DNA from: an uncultured Flavobacteriales bacterium
GTDB taxonomy: Bacteria > Bacteroidota > Bacteroidia > Flavobacteriales > UBA7312
Direction: 5' to 3'
Length of the DNA stretch: 50,584 bases
NCBI GenBank assembly: GCA_963991165.1
Contig: CAXDOW010000003.1
Location: forward strand, 1-50,584
Both the position numbers and the translations under genes were made by a program. The notes under the pieces are model-generated. The model was not told where the DNA came from. It searched no databases and saw only the letters and a list, made by a program, of their open reading frames with translations. Shown here one piece after another: positions 27,605 through 37,778 of this stretch. Numbering within the stretch: position 1 is the first letter of the stretch; each line of letters starts with the position of its first letter.

Positions 27605-30600
27605 CTATCTATTAGCAAAGGCTTTTGTTGGGACTGTAAAGTTTGAAGTGTATTTAGCAGCACCTTTAATTATTCTAATTTCATCCATGTATCCCCCTTG
27701 AAAGAATCTATTAAAACTAGGGCCGATACCTCCAATTTGCAAACCATTAGAAGCATGATGAAAGTCAGTAGTACTATTTACTACTGCTCCTTGTTGTGTA
27801 CCATCAACAAAAATACGAATATCATTTGATGAGTCCCTAGTAACAGCTAAGTGATACCATTGGTTAATATTATGTGACCATGCTCTTTCTATAACTGCAC
27901 CACTACCTTGAGCAAGTTCTAATTCACCTGCATATATTTGAAAATACCAACCCGGACTATCATTCCCAAGAAATCCTTGTGTGCCATTAGTAGAAGTTAA
28001 ATATACAAAAAACTCTACTGTAAACTCACCCGTTCCTAATTGGTGATACTTATGATAAGCAATTTCAATTTGATCTCCCGCTGAAGGGCTAGAAGGAAAG
28101 AAAATACTTCCAGTACCAAATTTCTTTTGTATAGTTGAGATTCTTACACCACCTTCTGTCTCAAGGTTGCTTCTCATTGTGTGGTCAATGATACCTGCGT
28201 TGTCAAAATTAAGTTGAACATAAGTATCTGAATCAAGAGTAGTTAGTGCAGTAGGAACTGATTTTGTTGTTGAGCCTGAACCTATATTATATTGTACGTT
28301 TGCGACATAACCATATGCAGAACCACTACCAGAACTATCATAAGTGCTTATATGAAGTGGTGCAGTTGCTATTGTAAAATCTGTATTCCAAGTAGTTCCA
28401 TTGCCCGCAGAAGCAACTCCATTCACGAAAGCATATACCGCATTACTAACACGGCTTAAATATATGTGATTCCATGAATTAGCTTTAACTGTTCCTAAAT
28501 TGTGGTTATTAAAAACATTCCAACCACCTCCAGTACTACTACTATAAAGTCTGACATCTAAACTAACAATATAAATTAATATAGGGCCAAAACTACTATT
28601 GTTATGGCTAGTATTAAATACATAACCATTATTACTGCTACCTATTGGATAATACCAAAACTCAACTTCAAAATTATTGGTACCTAGAGGTTGTTTTGCA
28701 TCAGTTAATACTAATCCATCAGTTGAGCCATCAAAATAAGCACTACCGCCTACTACATCTTTACTATATGACCTAGATGGTGCAAAGGGTGAGAATGGTT
28801 GTACACTTTGGCCACTTCCTATTGTAAGTGTGTATGGGCTAGATGAGTTGTCTATAAATCTATTTGATTGACAAGTTAATAGAGAAGTACCTGTTACTGC
28901 TGTTAAGGGAGTGGTAGGTACTGATATTGATGTGTTAGTAGTTCCATAAACATCATAGCCTTTTACTATTCTAATATTTGATATATAGCCATCTACTTCT
29001 CCAGTAGTGCTATTATAAGAACCAATATAAAAAGTACCACTTGAATTTCCATACGATGTTGATTGCCCTGTAGCTAAAGCACTTATTCTAGTTCCATCTA
29101 ACCACAAAGCTACTTGATTTGAAGCATCTCTGGCAACAGCAATATGATGCCATTTATTTTTTGAGATACTATTATTAGTTGTATTAACTATGTTTCCATT
29201 ATAATACCAACCAACATAGTTATTACTAGATTGTAAATAAAGCTGTGTTACATAACTTCCATTAGAAGGAAAAGTAAGAATACTTGGATGAGGCCCACCA
29301 TCAGTTGTTAAACTATTTAAATAAACCCAACATTCTACTGTAAACACTCCACTTAATTGTAAAGCAGCCGTAGATGTAAGACTCATAGTAGTATCATTCA
29401 CAGTAAACAAATTACTCCAATAACCTTCTTCTAAACTAAACGGGCTAAATGTACCCACGTTAGAATCACCAATACGAGTAACCCGATGATTATATTTAGA
29501 GTCATCTACAAATCCTACGTTACGAACTGCTCCTGAGTATTGGCATGTAAGTATTTTAGTATTTGAATCAGCAGATATCGTGGATGTTGAAGGTGTAAAA
29601 TTCGATGTGTATTTTGCTGTGCCTTTTATGATATGTACATCTGCTATGTACCCAAAGAAAGAATTAGTATAAATCTCTTCAGCAATATCTAGATGAAAAA
29701 CCGTACTATAATTATAACTATCAGACCATGTTGTCACTTGTACACCATTAATATACATTCTAGCTGTACCTGACTCTCTAGTAACTGCTAAATGATTCCA
29801 AGCATTAGGTGTTACTATATATGGACTAGAATTTGCAACTGCTGTTCCACCTGTATGCCAATGAAGTTGATTAGCAGTAGTACCAAAATAATGTAATGCC
29901 CAATAGGTATTACCGCCACCTTCTCTATTACTTAAAATACCTCTAGCATCTGTTACGCTGCCATTTGGATATACCCAACATTCTACTGTAAAATCTCCAG
30001 TTCCAAATGCCCAGTCTGCTGAAGTTGAAGTAGTAAATATTTTGTCTCCAGTTGTTGATCGAGAAGAAGTTGATGTAGTATCTCCATTAAAAAATCCAGA
30101 ACCTACATTTGCAGTTTTTGTAACTGTGAATGGTATGTAGGCAGATACTTTTGGATTTCCACTTACAGTTAAAGTATGTCTATTAGGTATGATGTCTTTA
30201 AATCTATTGCCTTGGCAGGTAATTAATTTTGTTTGTCTTGATAGTAACTCAAATGGTATATATTCATCTATGCTTGGGCTTCCGTTAAAATTACTAAATG
30301 TTTTAGCAGTTGTATCAGTATTAAAATCTATAAAACGATTGCCCAAAGATGTTAATATTTGTGTTCCTGATACAGAAGTTAAAGGCGTAGTTGGCACTGT
30401 AAAACTACTTCCGCTTGTTAAACCAGAATAAGGAAAAATCGTATTAGACCCACCAGTTACAAGACGAACATTTGAAACATAACCAGTCATTGATTCTGCC
30501 CCATTATTTGCACCAACAAAAAAATTATTTGCAGAATTATTAGGGGAGCCACTCATTGTTCCTGTATTTTCTTGTGCTCCATTAAAATAAAATCTAAGTG

Positions 30601-32317
30601 TTGTGCCGTCTTTAACTCCCATAATGTGATAGTAACCACCGACTACTGGCGTAGTTGATGAGCTAACGGCTGACCAAGACGAACCGTTATAGATTGCAAA
30701 AACAAATTTATTAGAAGCTCCTCCAATTCCAGTATGATTATAACCAAGCCAGTAATTAGATTCTCTACCAGTAATTAATACACCAGACCCTAGACTAGCA
30801 AAACTAACCCAACACTCTAAAGTTACATAATCGGTTATATTAAATCCTGTGTTTGATGAAAATTCAAAATCTTCACTGCCAGAAAAATAAGTGCTCCAAT
30901 ACCCATGATTAAATGGGCTGAACTCTGTTACACGAGGAGCACTAACTAAAGATATTGGATGAGTATTAGATGATTCATCAACAAAAGATTTAGATTGACA
31001 AGTAAGCAATTCAACTTCGGATGCTGTAGCACCTTGTGATGTTGTGGTAAATGGAGATGTACTAGGTGTAAATCCAGAAGTATATAAAGCAGTGCCTTTA
31101 ACTACTCTAAAGTTAGAAATAGAACCGCCAAAAAATCTACTAAATCCGTTAAGATTTCCAACAAGAAATGGAGTTGAGTTATCATTATTACCACTAAATG
31201 AAAGAGTGTCAATTTGAGTGCCATCTAACCAAACGTATAAAGTATTACCATTTCTAGTAACTGCTAAATGATGCCAACTATTTAAACTAAATGTAGCTGT
31301 AGAAGTTGTTGAGGTAACATTAGAAACTCCTAAAAGTATGGCACCTGTGGATGTTGTATGAACATAATATCCTGCGTTGCTTGCATACTTTGACCATAAA
31401 GTTTGATAATTAGATAAAGCTTTTGTTTGATAAAACCAACATTCAATTGTCCAATCGCCTGTTCCAAAATCTAATGATGTATCATCTGGAATACTTAATA
31501 CATCATCTGTTCCATCAAACTCAACTGACATTTCTCCTGCTACAGATGGGTCTGTGAATGGGGCTGTTGGGGGAGTAAATGCACTGCCATACACATTTGA
31601 ACCTTTTACAATTCTAAAGTTAGAAAAATTACCCGTTGGATTATTTCCCTGACCTATATCATTAGCACCAAAATACCAAGTGCCTGTGGTGGTTGAATAA
31701 TTTGTTGTATCTGTTCCTGTAGCTTTAGAAACTCCATCAATATATAAAACAATATTATTACTTTCACTTCTTTCAATAGCAACATGATGCCAAGTACCGT
31801 CTGATATTAAATCTGTACCAGTTGTTATTGTTGAACTTCCAACATATCTTAATGCACCTGCTGTTGAACCTCCATAACCCCCAAATGTAATGTGTAGTGT
31901 TCCAACAGAAGCTCTTCCGCTTAATATAAATTTATCATTATTCAAAGGGCCATTAAACCAAAACTCAATAGTAAAAGCTCCTGTACCAAAAGCAAAATCA
32001 CTATTGTTTGGAAAAGATATATAACCTGTGCCATCAAAACTATTACTCCAATACCCATCAGCATAATAATAAGGACTGAAGTCATTACCATAAGCATTGC
32101 CCTGTACTGTAAGAGCATGGGCTGATGTAGAGTTATCTTTAAATGCTTTAAAGTTTGGATCTCCTAATGCAGCAGTATCTCCTGCACCTTCAGAACCATC
32201 ACCATGAAGAAGTAATGTAGTTTGATTAAAATTAGGATCTGATTCTTCTGCAGCAGCTCCAAGACCATAACCTAGTGGTTTTACACCTGACCCTCCTTTT
32301 AATCCTTTGAGTGGCAT
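27605..32317 (-). CDS. Multi-LamG/concanavalin A-like tail or virion adhesin
   Basis: Seven repeats of FTxE(C/F)W...WxHxAxxR...(F/Y)xDG with LLTCQSNRF-type linkers; start MPLKG at 32317 (TAATG overlap). Confidence 0.85.
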   Translation of the reverse strand: MPLKGLKGGSGVKPLGYGLGAAAEESDPNFNQTTLLLHGDGSEGAGDTAALGDPNFKAFKDNSTSAHALTVQGNAYGNDFSPYYYADGYWSNSFDGTGYISFPNNSDFAFGTGAFTIEFWFNGPLNNDKFILSGRASVGTLHITFGGYGGSTAGALRYVGSSTITTGTDLISDGTWHHVAIERSESNNIVLYIDGVSKATGTDTTNYSTTTGTWYFGANDIGQGNNPTGNFSNFRIVKGSNVYGSAFTPPTAPFTDPSVAGEMSVEFDGTDDVLSIPDDTSLDFGTGDWTIECWFYQTKALSNYQTLWSKYASNAGYYVHTTSTGAILLGVSNVTSTTSTATFSLNSWHHLAVTRNGNTLYVWLDGTQIDTLSFSGNNDNSTPFLVGNLNGFSRFFGGSISNFRVVKGTALYTSGFTPSTSPFTTTSQGATASEVELLTCQSKSFVDESSNTHPISLVSAPRVTEFSPFNHGYWSTYFSGSEDFEFSSNTGFNITDYVTLECWVSFASLGSGVLITGRESNYWLGYNHTGIGGASNKFVFAIYNGSSWSAVSSSTTPVVGGYYHIMGVKDGTTLRFYFNGAQENTGTMSGSPNNSANNFFVGANNGAESMTGYVSNVRLVTGGSNTIFPYSGLTSGSSFTVPTTPLTSVSGTQILTSLGNRFIDFNTDTTAKTFSNFNGSPSIDEYIPFELLSRQTKLITCQGNRFKDIIPNRHTLTVSGNPKVSAYIPFTVTKTANVGSGFFNGDTTSTSSRSTTGDKIFTTSTSADWAFGTGDFTVECWVYPNGSVTDARGILSNREGGGNTYWALHYFGTTANQLHWHTGGTAVANSSPYIVTPNAWNHLAVTRESGTARMYINGVQVTTWSDSYNYSTVFHLDIAEEIYTNSFFGYIADVHIIKGTAKYTSNFTPSTSTISADSNTKILTCQYSGAVRNVGFVDDSKYNHRVTRIGDSNVGTFSPFSLEEGYWSNLFTVNDTTMSLTSTAALQLSGVFTVECWVYLNSLTTDGGPHPSILTFPSNGSYVTQLYLQSSNNYVGWYYNGNIVNTTNNSISKNKWHHIAVARDASNQVALWLDGTRISALATGQSTSYGNSSGTFYIGSYNSTTGEVDGYISNIRIVKGYDVYGTTNTSISVPTTPLTAVTGTSLLTCQSNRFIDNSSSPYTLTIGSGQSVQPFSPFAPSRSYSKDVVGGSAYFDGSTDGLVLTDAKQPLGTNNFEVEFWYYPIGSSNNGYVFNTSHNNSSFGPILIYIVSLDVRLYSSSTGGGWNVFNNHNLGTVKANSWNHIYLSRVSNAVYAFVNGVASAGNGTTWNTDFTIATAPLHISTYDSSGSGSAYGYVANVQYNIGSGSTTKSVPTALTTLDSDTYVQLNFDNAGIIDHTMRSNLETEGGVRISTIQKKFGTGSIFFPSSPSAGDQIEIAYHKYHQLGTGEFTVEFFVYLTSTNGTQGFLGNDSPGWYFQIYAGELELAQGSGAVIERAWSHNINQWYHLAVTRDSSNDIRIFVDGTQQGAVVNSTTDFHHASNGLQIGGIGPSFNRFFQGGYMDEIRIIKGAAKYTSNFTVPTKAFANR

Positions 32318-33534
32318 TAGTAAGTGACCTTTCCAAACTGAGTTTGAGAAGCTAGACAAGTATATTGTGCTGTGCCACTACCCGCATCTGCTCCTCGAGT
32401 TATATTAACTAAATAACTATCTATACCATCTGCATTACCTTGCGATGGTGCAGTAGTTCCTCCTTGCCAATGAACAGGTGAAGCCGTGGCTCCATCTATC
32501 TTTATAGCTGTTAAATAATAAGCCGTGCTACCCATACTAGATTCAAAAGCAAATGAAGTTGTTTGACCCACTGCTACAGTTGCAGAAAAAGCGGTGCTGA
32601 CATTTCCTCTAAAATTAAGCTCAAAATTAGCCGCTGCATCATTTGTTCTAAGTTCAACATTGTGACTTAATATGTCAAAGTTAATTGTTCCAGTGGCACT
32701 TGTAGTATTTATACTAGTTCGTTCCCTTAAATTATTTTGAAAAGCAACCTGACTAACCATTGTTGATATATCCGCTGTACTTGTTCCTAAAGTTACATCA
32801 TCAAAAGTTTTATTTGAGATTGTTTGTGTGCCTGTATCAGAAACTAAAGTAGCATCTGAGTTACCTATTGTGCTACCTCCGGGCAATGTTAATGTATTAG
32901 TAGCTCCTAAAGAATGATCTGCTGCGGTTATTTTTTGACCGTGTGTATTAACAGCACAATTAAGTTGGACTTGTCCCTCAGTTGAACCAGACCCTTTTAT
33001 TTCAAATATCTGAGTAGCTGGATCTACCGTAAAATTACCCGATGTGTTTTTAAGATCACCTTCTACATTAAATGTGCCACCAACCGAGCCATTACCCGCA
33101 ACATCCAAAGTGCCACTAGCTGAAATATCTGTTAAGTTAAATTCACCTGTTACCTGAAACGTGCCACCTACGGAAACATTTCCTGCCACACCTAAAGCAC
33201 TTGCTAAATTTAATTCATTATTAGAATCTAAGATTACTGCTTTAGGGCCGGGGTACGTAGTAAAAACATTTTTTGATCCTGCTCCCCAATCCACGGCAGC
33301 ATTAGAATTAGAGGAAGTTATAACTGTAGTTCTAGCTAATGTAGCAGAAGCGTTTAACGTGCCTAAACCTACTTCATAACTGCTGTCATCTGTAATTACA
33401 TAATAACAAGTATTACTAACTCCTACACCATCTGCAAAAGTTCTAAAACCTGTTACTGCACCTCCTAATGTAAAGTTACCTGTGCCTGTTGTAGAGGAGC
33501 TTTCTTTTACTCTGTCTGCTTGTATTAGAGCCAT
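32317..33534 (-). CDS. Tail fibre/structural protein
   Basis: ADRVKESSSTTGTG N-terminus, Gly/Thr-rich beta repeats. Confidence 0.7.
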   Translation of the reverse strand: MALIQADRVKESSSTTGTGNFTLGGAVTGFRTFADGVGVSNTCYYVITDDSSYEVGLGTLNASATLARTTVITSSNSNAAVDWGAGSKNVFTTYPGPKAVILDSNNELNLASALGVAGNVSVGGTFQVTGEFNLTDISASGTLDVAGNGSVGGTFNVEGDLKNTSGNFTVDPATQIFEIKGSGSTEGQVQLNCAVNTHGQKITAADHSLGATNTLTLPGGSTIGNSDATLVSDTGTQTISNKTFDDVTLGTSTADISTMVSQVAFQNNLRERTSINTTSATGTINFDILSHNVELRTNDAAANFELNFRGNVSTAFSATVAVGQTTSFAFESSMGSTAYYLTAIKIDGATASPVHWQGGTTAPSQGNADGIDSYLVNITRGADAGSGTAQYTCLASQTQFGKVTY

Positions 33535-33546
33535 TTAATCCTCCCA

Positions 33547-33975
33547 TTAAGCTATACGTATAATTGCGTTACTAGCGTCTGGAGTAGGAAATATAACCGA
33601 AAAAGTTCCAGATGTAGATGATTTATCAGATCCAAAATCTAACACCACAACAGCTTTATCACTTTGAGAACTGTTGTATATCAACGCTCCTCTGGCTGTT
33701 ATAGTAGAACTTGTAAAAGAAGTATCCACAAAATCTGTAAATGCTGTAGTACCGCCAGATGTGGGTGTTACATTAGTTAAAGTATTACCACCTGCAGAAT
33801 ACCCTGTTCCACTAGCTTCATTTGCTGTTGAGTAAGCAGTTGTGCCCGCACCCAAAGTAGCTGCATTTGTAAACAAAGCTAATTTAAAAGTGTGTCCTGA
33901 ACTGTTTGTGAAATTATGCGTAGCAGTTAAAAGCTCTACTTTAAAACTGGTACACATTGCTTGTGTAATTGCCAT
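33547..33975 (-). CDS. Virion structural protein
   Basis: MAITQAMCTSFK...FKLALFT...GYSAGG; Thr/Ser/Ala-rich. Confidence 0.65.
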   Translation of the reverse strand: MAITQAMCTSFKVELLTATHNFTNSSGHTFKLALFTNAATLGAGTTAYSTANEASGTGYSAGGNTLTNVTPTSGGTTAFTDFVDTSFTSSTITARGALIYNSSQSDKAVVVLDFGSDKSSTSGTFSVIFPTPDASNAIIRIA

Positions 33976-34262
33976 TATGATCTCCTTAATATATCTGCTG
34001 CCTCACTATGTCCTCCTCGTATACAGGTTTGAATATCCCTGTCTCTTTGAGATTCCATAGCTTGATTTATATATACTTTTAGGACAAGTTGTAAGTTGTC
34101 TTTAAAAAACTTAGCTTGTTCTCTAATTGCAGGAGGAGCAGTTTCTGCAACGGATATTATTTTATTCGTGCATATTTCTGCGATATCATCAGCCGATAAT
34201 CCACCATAGTTACTGGTTTTTACGATTGGTGATTTTATATCTCCAGTTTTAATATCAAACAT
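33975..34262 (-). CDS. Hypothetical protein
   Basis: Intact coupled ORF in late operon. Confidence 0.65.
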   Translation of the reverse strand: MFDIKTGDIKSPIVKTSNYGGLSADDIAEICTNKIISVAETAPPAIREQAKFFKDNLQLVLKVYINQAMESQRDRDIQTCIRGGHSEAADILRRS

Positions 34263-34263
34263 T

Positions 34264-34941
34264 TTACCCTACTCCTACTCTATTTTGTTTAGTTCTGTAC
34301 GTATCTTGTCTGTTTTTACCTTCACTAAGAACTTTAAGGCCACTTAAAGCTTCGTTATATCTATCCATATAATTCTTAAACACATCTTGCTCACCTTTCA
34401 TATACACTTGAGCTTCTAATAAAGCACCGTACAAAAGAGCTGAATCGTAGTTATCCCCTAACCATGTATTAGTAGCAGTAACAATAGATTCTGGGTAATA
34501 AAAATAATAAAGTTCTACGGTATATCCAGTATCAGGTGTAGGGCCAACTATAAATGTATCTTTATCAAAAAGAGCGTAGTGTGTGGGTCTTCCTGTGGCA
34601 GTGGGATCAGGGAAAGCTTCTCTAATAAAATTTACGTCTTTATTCATGAGATAATGATAAATTCCAGAACCGTCTACGACAGCTAGTGAAAAATTAGACA
34701 ACCAATCAGTAGGAGTTTGTAAATATCTATTATTCTGAGTTACGTTTCCTGTAACAGATTTTCTTAAACTTAGTATTTGCACAGAGTTGTATATTTTTTG
34801 TTCAGCTAAATCTATAAATCTGTTTATTTGCTCTGTGCTAGTGTTTGTTGTAGCTCCTCCTAAAGAGTCAGTAAACTCCGTATCTGGAAAGTCATTTTCA
34901 CAAAAACTTTTTATTGTTTCAAATAATTCAGTGTAATTCAC
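34264..34941 (-). CDS. Head-tail adaptor / tail tubular protein
   Basis: FIDLAEQKIY, GRPTHYA, VGPTPD, LLYGALLEA pattern. Confidence 0.65.
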   Translation of the reverse strand: MNYTELFETIKSFCENDFPDTEFTDSLGGATTNTSTEQINRFIDLAEQKIYNSVQILSLRKSVTGNVTQNNRYLQTPTDWLSNFSLAVVDGSGIYHYLMNKDVNFIREAFPDPTATGRPTHYALFDKDTFIVGPTPDTGYTVELYYFYYPESIVTATNTWLGDNYDSALLYGALLEAQVYMKGEQDVFKNYMDRYNEALSGLKVLSEGKNRQDTYRTKQNRVGVG

Positions 34942-34950
34942 TTATAACTC

Positions 34951-35310
34951 CTAACTCGTAGTGACAGTGACAGTTCCCACACCGCCAGTGCCTACTAAAT
35001 CATTTATATCATCTAAATTAAACGCATCACTTAAACCTACGGGATTAAACCCAAATTGATAATTTCTAGCATCTGACTCTGCAAATCTTGATAAATCAGG
35101 TCTGGGATTTCGTATGGCTTGTGGATCTTCTACGGGATACAGACCTAATCTGTTCTGCGGATGATCTTTTTCAAAACATGGAGGACATACAAAGATGTTT
35201 GTATGTTTACCTCTTATTACTAGAGGCTTAAGTTCCTTGAGTTTATACCTAAATCCACATCTATCACATTCGGCAATAGTGTGTTTTCCAGCGGCATAAC
35301 GATTTCCCAT
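34951..35310 (-). CDS. Hypothetical protein with zinc-ribbon
   Basis: CDRCGF...VCPPC...DHPQ...NPRPD. Confidence 0.65.
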   Translation of the reverse strand: MGNRYAAGKHTIAECDRCGFRYKLKELKPLVIRGKHTNIFVCPPCFEKDHPQNRLGLYPVEDPQAIRNPRPDLSRFAESDARNYQFGFNPVGLSDAFNLDDINDLVGTGGVGTVTVTTS

Positions 35311-36024
35311 TTAACCTCCTAAATAAAATTCTCTAGGGACAAATCTAACTGCTGCCTTTTCTCTATCTTCTCCAGATGCAAACAACCATTGTTCTTCGTA
35401 CGACATCTTTAACATCTCAATCCTCGGAGTTGCTTCTGGTATCTTTAAAGATAAGTAGTACGCTAAACCAGCTACCATACATGGAATCAACCTAAACGGT
35501 ATGTCTTGAGTTTCTACGCCGTTCCCTGCGTCTTGAATCCTCCTCATTCTCCAATATACAAATGTATATGTGGTAGCCGAATCTGGTACAGGCCACAAAT
35601 GTATCCGAGGACTTTCGACTCCTGTAGGTGTAGTCGCTCCCGATCTTCTATCTACCCAAACTTGCACAGGTCTTCCTGTGTTGTTTTTACTTGGGATAGA
35701 AGCATAAGTGCTAACAGATATTCTGCTAATTGATAAATCTTGTTGAGTTGTGCCTGACCCCGTTCTAATAACGTGGTCTAGTAAATCTATTGTGTCAAGA
35801 GGTAGATCATATTCTGAAGTTCCAGAGGTGAGTGCAACAGACCCCTCTTCTATAGTCCATAAATTGACTCCTCTATTTGCCCACTCAATAGTTAATAAAT
35901 TTAAAGAGCGTCTTGCAGTGGATAAGTCGTAACCTGTGCGTAACTCAGTGCCACACCTAGAATATGCCTCTTCTATCAAATCTATTAAGTTTGGGTTAAA
36001 ATTAGTAGTTCCGGTTGTAGTCAT
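35311..36024 (-). CDS. Head-tail adaptor-like protein
   Basis: ARRSLNLL.EWANRG, LWPVPD, CMVAGLAYYL; position after capsid genes. Confidence 0.6.
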   Translation of the reverse strand: MTTTGTTNFNPNLIDLIEEAYSRCGTELRTGYDLSTARRSLNLLTIEWANRGVNLWTIEEGSVALTSGTSEYDLPLDTIDLLDHVIRTGSGTTQQDLSISRISVSTYASIPSKNNTGRPVQVWVDRRSGATTPTGVESPRIHLWPVPDSATTYTFVYWRMRRIQDAGNGVETQDIPFRLIPCMVAGLAYYLSLKIPEATPRIEMLKMSYEEQWLFASGEDREKAAVRFVPREFYLGG

Positions 36025-36314
36025 TTTGCTTTCACACTGTTAATATATTTTCTGTAAACTCCAGCAGCAGATTTTTTACCCATAACTCTAGCTCTTTGTT
36101 CCATAGCTATAGCAGCTTGAATTTTGTGGGCTTTTGACCTACCACTATTTCTTATTTTACTTACGCTTTTTACCGCATCCTCTCTAGTAGCAAACTTCAA
36201 CCCTTTTATTGTACCCTTTGGGTTTTCGTCCGTATAGAGGTCAGAGTGTTTTTTAGACCTTGCGGGTTGACCTTTTTTTCTTGGTATTCTTGGGTTTGAG
36301 GATCGTTTTAACAT
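36021..36314 (-). CDS. Small basic hypothetical protein
   Basis: HSDLYTDENPKGTI motif; Lys/Arg-rich. Confidence 0.6.
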   Translation of the reverse strand: MLKRSSNPRIPRKKGQPARSKKHSDLYTDENPKGTIKGLKFATREDAVKSVSKIRNSGRSKAHKIQAAIAMEQRARVMGKKSAAGVYRKYINSVKAK

Positions 36315-36546
36315 TTGTTGGTTTGCCTCCCGGATTCCCTGCTGCTCGTTTTCTTTGAACAGCAGATTTACGTTGTGCTGCAGTCATAGACTTAGCTTTT
36401 GCTCTTGGTACACATTTAGGATAGGCTCTTTTACTGTCTTTAGCAGACTTACGTCCACAGGCTTGGTATTTACCCTTTTTCTTTGGGGCACCTATATCTA
36501 CCCAATCTCCTTTTGGGCCTTTACCAAACCACTCTTTAAGAGACAT
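36253..36546 (-). CDS. Small basic hypothetical protein
   Basis: LKEWF...WVDI...CGR...YPKCVP. Confidence 0.65.
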   Translation of the reverse strand: MSLKEWFGKGPKGDWVDIGAPKKKGKYQACGRKSAKDSKRAYPKCVPRAKAKSMTAAQRKSAVQRKRAAGNPGGKPTNVKTILKPKNTKKKRSTRKV

Positions 36547-36722
36547 TATCTATACCCCCCACCCCTTTTCTTGTACTCACGCACTATGTAGCCTGATGCA
36601 TAAGCACTTGGAAAAACCTTAAATTTACGCTTAGCTTCAGCTTTTACACGAGCATATAAAGATGGGTTAGTGGGTTTTGCCCCCGCTTTTTTCTTAGAAG
36701 TTTTTTTCTTTTTAGCAGCCAT
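36546..36722 (-). CDS. Small basic protein not in the ORF track (58 aa)
   Basis: MAAKKKKTSKKKAGAKPTNPSLYARVKAEAKRKFKVFPSAYASGYIVREYKKRGGGYR; TAATG coupling on both sides. Confidence 0.7.
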   Translation of the reverse strand: MAAKKKKTSKKKAGAKPTNPSLYARVKAEAKRKFKVFPSAYASGYIVREYKKRGGGYR

Positions 36723-37111
36723 TATTTAACCTTTCCACCTCTAGCCATCTTCTTCATAACAGCACCGCCTTTGGACATCTTAACAGCACCGCCTTTAGCC
36801 ATTTTCTTCATAACGGCTCCGCCCTTGGACATTTTTGTCATAACGGCACCGCCCTTGGACATTTTAACTGCTCCTCCTTTAGACATCTTAACTGCTCCAC
36901 CTTTGGACATCTTTACAGAGTTACCTTTAGCCATTTTCTTTCTCATCGTAGTTCCTTTCCGTTGTCTAAGTAATGCGAAATCTTTTCCAGTTATTTTACC
37001 ATCACCATCAGCATCTAGTTTTTTTCTATTGCCAGTAGCAATGTTACTTTTTTTCTTTTCCTTTTTGTTTCCTTTTAGTTGTTTTGACATCTGACTTCTC
37101 GAGATCGACAT
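36722..37111 (-). CDS. Basic protein with EF-hand-like loop and KMxKGGAV repeats
   Basis: DADGDGKITGKD loop; eight MxKG/MxRG units; SD GAGGAG favours start at 37111. Confidence 0.7.
   Translation of the reverse strand: MSISRSQMSKQLKGNKKEKKKSNIATGNRKKLDADGDGKITGKDFALLRQRKGTTMRKKMAKGNSVKMSKGGAVKMSKGGAVKMSKGGAVMTKMSKGGAVMKKMAKGGAVKMSKGGAVMKKMARGGKVK
36725..36935 (-). repeat. Degenerate 24-30 bp tandem repeat encoding KM(S/A)KGGAV
   Basis: Repeated CC(T/C)TT(G/A)G(A/C)CAT units on + strand with synonymous variation. Confidence 0.85.
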
Positions 37112-37778
37112 TTTCATCTCCTCTATAAAGATTGTTGAATGTTACGTCCGGATCCATGTATGAATCATCTTGTTCCGCACAATGTGTAAATTGTGTTGGT
37201 CTAAAATCAGGAGCACCTTCACCTGTAACCCAGAGGGCAGGAGAAGTAACTCTGACTCTATTGTTAGGTAAAGCGACCATGTTACCCTTCCATTTTCCGT
37301 CTGTCAGCACCATAACGTGACTCTGCTTGTGTTGGGCTGGACAGTCTGCGATTTCGCTTTCGGTGTAGTCCACAGTGAAGAGATATCTCGCTGTGTGAAA
37401 TTCCCCTGCAATTTTTGCAAGCCATGGGCTAGGTTTACACCTGTCAAGGGACACAATTGAGTGGTGGTGCGATGGGCAGTCCCACGGTTGTGCGAGGTGT
37501 GTTTCCATTCTTTCAGGCCATTCATCCATTGGGATGTCCCCACACAAGGCTGTGAGAGGCATCCTTGCCCACATTGCTCCTCCATGGGGGTTACTTTCAC
37601 CTTCCTCTTCTTCACATCCTGTAAAGATGATTTGGAAACTGAGGCATCTGTCGGGCATTGTCGTGACAGCAATCGCCAATCCGTGTATAAACTCCCCGTG
37701 ATATTTTTGATGTCCATGTGTAAATTCTTTTCTAATCCAAACTTTCGTATAAGGTATGTTACTTATTAAATACGCCAC
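37044..37778 (-). CDS. Hypothetical protein (Cys/His/Trp-rich)
   Basis: 244 aa ORF, GGAMWARMP and QPWDC motifs; function unknown. Confidence 0.7.
   Translation of the reverse strand: MAYLISNIPYTKVWIRKEFTHGHQKYHGEFIHGLAIAVTTMPDRCLSFQIIFTGCEEEEGESNPHGGAMWARMPLTALCGDIPMDEWPERMETHLAQPWDCPSHHHSIVSLDRCKPSPWLAKIAGEFHTARYLFTVDYTESEIADCPAQHKQSHVMVLTDGKWKGNMVALPNNRVRVTSPALWVTGEGAPDFRPTQFTHCAEQDDSYMDPDVTFNNLYRGDENVDLEKSDVKTTKRKQKGKEKK

Noticed and set aside
27605-33534. Diversity-generating retroelement acting on tail genes
   Set aside because: No reverse transcriptase and no near-identical template/variable repeat pair noticed
36771-37094. + strand ORF with TAPPLDI repeats, and other antisense ORFs such as 20880..21365, 42576..43061, 9986..10378
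   Set aside because: Shadow frames of real genes on the opposite strand; no RBS or independent motif
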